NCBI GenBank assembly: GCA_039927975.1 | Contig: JBDSTZ010000252.1 | Coordinates: forward strand, 1 to 16,616 | DNA from: Massilia sp. | Lineage (GTDB): Bacteria > Pseudomonadota > Gammaproteobacteria > Burkholderiales > Burkholderiaceae_D | Direction: 5' to 3' | DNA: 16,616 nt | Shown here: piece by piece, positions 14,267 through 16,616 of the stretch | Layout of the letters: each line of letters starts with the position of its first letter | Position numbering within the stretch: position 1 is the stretch's first letter | Position numbers and translations under genes: made by a program | The notes under the pieces: model-generated | Told to the model about the DNA's origin: nothing | Database searches by the model: none | The model's input: the letters and a program-made list of their open reading frames with translations, nothing else

Positions 14267-16222
14267 ATGTTAGAGACAGTTTCGATTTTAAAGATATCCG
14301 CAGTGCTCATCATCGCCCTGCTCCTGTTCCTGGCCAGCCAGGTGGTGGTCTACATCGCCAACGAGAAAATCGGTATCGTGGAAAAGAAATGGTCGCGCCA
14401 CGGCTCGGTGCGCCACGGTTTCATCGCCCTGCACGGCGAGGCCGGCTTCCAGCCCGAGGTGCTGCGCGGCGGCTTCCACGTGTTCTTCCCCTTCCAGTAC
14501 CGGGTGCACCGGCACGACCTGGTCACCGTGCAGCAAGGCACCCTCGCCTACGTCTTCGCGCGCGACGGCCTGGCGATGGAGCCGACCCAGAACCTGGCTT
14601 GCAACAAGCACGCCAAGGACTTCACCGACGTGCGCGCCTTCCTGACCGACGGCGGCCAGAAGGGTCTGCAACGCAAGATCCTGCGCGAGGGGACCTACGC
14701 CATCAACCTGGCCCAGTTCGTCGTGCTCACGGCCGACAAGGTGTATGCGCTGCGCCTGCCCGGCGACGGCAATATCGACGGCGCCGGCGAGGCGGTCGGC
14801 AAGCTGGCTGAAACGCTCGACGAGGTGCGCCGGCGCGACGGCTTCGAGCCGCTGGTGATTCGCGCCGACAAGCTGGCCGTGATCACCACCCACGAAGGCC
14901 AGTCGCTGCCGGAAGGCACGATCGTCGCGCCGGTGGTCGGCGCCGACCCGGCCGACCCGGCCAGCTACCACCACGATTACCAGAATCCGGAAGTGTTCAT
15001 CGAAGCCGGCGGTTACAAGGGGCGTCAGCTGCAGGTGCTGGTCGAAGGCACTTACTATCTCAACGCCCGCTTCGCCTCGTATGAGATCGTCGACAAGACG
15101 GTGGTCGCGGTCGGCTTTGTCGGCGTGGTCGTGTCCTACACCGGCAAGACCGGCAACGATCTTACCGGCGAGGCCTACCGCCATGGCGAACTGGTCAGCA
15201 GCGACGAGAAAGGCGTGCTGGCCACGCCGCTGATGCCCGGCAAGTACGCGCTCAATCCCTACGCCAAGCGCGTCATCGACGTGCCGACCACTAACTTCAT
15301 CTTGAAGTGGCAGTCGGGCGCGGTCGGCTCGCACGAACTCGACAAGCACCTGAGCGAAGTCTCGCTGATCACCAAGGATGCCTTCGAGCCGGACCTGCCG
15401 CTGTCGGTGGTGGTCAATATCGACTACAAGATGGCGCCGCTGGTGATCCAGCGTTTCGGCGACATCCGCAAGCTGGTCGAGCAGACCCTCGACCCGATGG
15501 TGGCCGCCTACTTCAAGAACATTGGCCAGGGCAAGACGCTGATCGAGCTGCTGCAGGAACGATCCGATATCCAGGAGCGCGCCAAGGCCGAGATGCGCAA
15601 GAATTTCGAGGGCTACAACCTGACCTTGAACGAGGTGCTGATCGGCACCCCGCGCGCCAAGGATGGCGACACCCAAATCGAGGTGATCCTCAAGCAGCTG
15701 CGCGAGCGCCAGGTCTCGCGCGAGCAGCTTGAAACCTACAAGACCAAGGAAGTGGCGGCGGTGCAGGAGCGCATCTTGCGCGAAGCCGAGGCCAGGGCCA
15801 AGCAGCAGACCGCGATCACCGAGTCCGAGCTCGCCGTCAAGATCGCCGAGAACCAGGGTAGCGCGGCGGTGCAGAAGGCCACCAAGGCGGCCGAGGAAGC
15901 ACGCCAGAGCGCCAGTGGCGCGGCCGACGCCAAGCGCTCGCTGGCCGAGGCCGAAGCCTTCCAGATCCAGCGCGTCGGCCAGGCCCAGGCCACCGCCACC
16001 GAACTGAACGTAGCCGCGTATGGCGGCCCCGAGCTGCAATTCCAGCAGACCGTGCTGCTGCGCTTTGCCGAGGCGATCGAACGCGGCCGCATTGCGCTGG
16101 TGCCGTCGATTCAAGCGGGCGGCCAGGGCGGCGGTTCGGCGATCGATGCGTTCATGGGGCTGGCGGCGAGGGAGTTGCTGGCGAAGGGCCGCAGTGCGGA
16201 GACGGATGGCGGCACGCAGTAA
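14267..16222 (+). CDS. SPFH/band-7 domain protein, flotillin-like (YqiK family), about 651 aa with an N-terminal TM helix and an Ala/Glu-rich coiled-coil C-terminal half
   Basis: An ATG at 14267 is preceded by gaaggaacgct. The N-terminus MLETVSILKISAVLIIALLLFLASQVVVYIA is a TM helix. It is followed by an SPFH-like region (KIGIVEKKW...GFHVFFPFQYRVHRHDLVTVQQG). A long EA-rich repeat region follows (EARAKQQTAITESELAVKIAENQGSAAVQKATKAAEEARQ...) and the protein ends in a Gly-rich tail. The track start at 13784 and the antisense ORF 14288..16339 are rejected. Confidence 0.85.
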   Translation: MLETVSILKISAVLIIALLLFLASQVVVYIANEKIGIVEKKWSRHGSVRHGFIALHGEAGFQPEVLRGGFHVFFPFQYRVHRHDLVTVQQGTLAYVFARDGLAMEPTQNLACNKHAKDFTDVRAFLTDGGQKGLQRKILREGTYAINLAQFVVLTADKVYALRLPGDGNIDGAGEAVGKLAETLDEVRRRDGFEPLVIRADKLAVITTHEGQSLPEGTIVAPVVGADPADPASYHHDYQNPEVFIEAGGYKGRQLQVLVEGTYYLNARFASYEIVDKTVVAVGFVGVVVSYTGKTGNDLTGEAYRHGELVSSDEKGVLATPLMPGKYALNPYAKRVIDVPTTNFILKWQSGAVGSHELDKHLSEVSLITKDAFEPDLPLSVVVNIDYKMAPLVIQRFGDIRKLVEQTLDPMVAAYFKNIGQGKTLIELLQERSDIQERAKAEMRKNFEGYNLTLNEVLIGTPRAKDGDTQIEVILKQLRERQVSREQLETYKTKEVAAVQERILREAEARAKQQTAITESELAVKIAENQGSAAVQKATKAAEEARQSASGAADAKRSLAEAEAFQIQRVGQAQATATELNVAAYGGPELQFQQTVLLRFAEAIERGRIALVPSIQAGGQGGGSAIDAFMGLAARELLAKGRSAETDGGTQ

Positions 16223-16381
16223 TCGGAGGGCGCGCTCAATGGCGACACCAATCGGCGCCGCGCGGCGTGCCGGCCGATGCCGCGATTGTTCCGGTACGCA
16301 CGCCCGCAGCGCCCGCAACAGCGCCCATTCACCTTGCAAGAAAGCGGTGAACCGGAAACGGTTGCGGGCGCAAGGCGCCGC

Positions 16382-16616
16382 TTACGGCACCGTCACCTCA
16401 TCGATATTGGCCAAGTCCTGCCCATTCGATTCGAAGCGCAGGACATTGCCCGTTCCCCCAGCAAGGGTGACCGTGACCGTCATGCTGGCCCAGTTGGTCC
16501 AGCCGCCGGTGGCGGGAAACGAGATCGCCTGCGCTACCCCGTTCACCTTGAGAACCCCGGCGCGCGCGGTGGCGCCACCGTTGGCGTAGCGGATGGTGAT
16601 GACCTTGGCGCCGCCC
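16382..16616 (-). CDS. 3' end of a gene encoding a C-terminal CBM6/CBM35-like carbohydrate-binding module (probable CAZyme); the 5' end lies outside the window
   Basis: The minus-strand frame gives GGAKVITIRYANGGATARAGVLKVNGVAQAISFPATGGWTNWASMTVTVTLAGGTGNVLRFESNGQDLANIDEVTVP* with a TAA stop at 16382-16384. The pattern RYANG....L.VNG.....SFP.TG.W..W....V.V.L..G.N.L......G.NID..TV is typical of CBM35/CBM6 modules at the C-termini of glycoside hydrolases and lyases. It is absent from the ORF track because no start codon falls in the window. Confidence 0.6.
   Translation of the reverse strand, partial: GGAKVITIRYANGGATARAGVLKVNGVAQAISFPATGGWTNWASMTVTVTLAGGTGNVLRFESNGQDLANIDEVTVP

Noticed and set aside
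14288-16339. 683-aa minus-strand ORF antisense to the flotillin-like gene, and the track's N-terminal extension starting at 13784
   Set aside because: The antisense ORF is Arg/Leu/Gly-rich with no motifs. The 13784 extension is read through the non-coding 11-bp repeat array, whereas the ATG at 14267 has an RBS and immediately encodes the TM helix expected for a flotillin.

Overview
This is a high-GC (about 65-70%) bacterial chromosomal window. It looks like a betaproteobacterium of the Oxalobacteraceae type, but that is a guess from GC content and the presence of a PEP-CTERM protein. Read left to right it holds: the 3' end of a hemerythrin-like gene with a hairpin terminator; an App1/DUF2183-like HAD phosphatase gene (DIDDTV motif, KEDER-repeat tail); an orphan short FliD-family gene; tRNA-Ala(GGC) on the minus strand with a near-consensus sigma70 promoter; and then a run of minus-strand genes that looks like a polysaccharide-utilisation locus. 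That locus runs, right to left, as follows. First comes a lipoprotein alginate-lyase-like (alpha/alpha-toroid) protein with FN3 and LamG_3 domains (11535..13703). Next is a paralogous secreted lyase-like protein with He_PIG Ig-like and F5/8 discoidin domains (8094..11177). After that is a translationally coupled PEP-CTERM protein (7493..8083). Then comes a 986-aa TonB-dependent receptor (4121..7081). The last gene is a secreted protein of unknown function (3098..3976). The promoter regions of the three lyase/receptor transcription units each carry one or two copies of the same palindromic motif (core TATCGATAACA), so they are probably one regulon; no regulator gene is in the window. Further right are a divergent intergenic region with strikingly phased short repeats, a flotillin-like SPFH protein gene (14267..16222), and the C-terminal fragment of a convergent gene with a CBM6/CBM35-like carbohydrate-binding module. 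The provided track also lists several long opposite-strand ORFs (258..1874, 4094..7165, 8082..10088, 11280..13700, 14288..16339), which I judge to be high-GC artefacts. All product assignments come from motif recognition by eye, and no database search was run.
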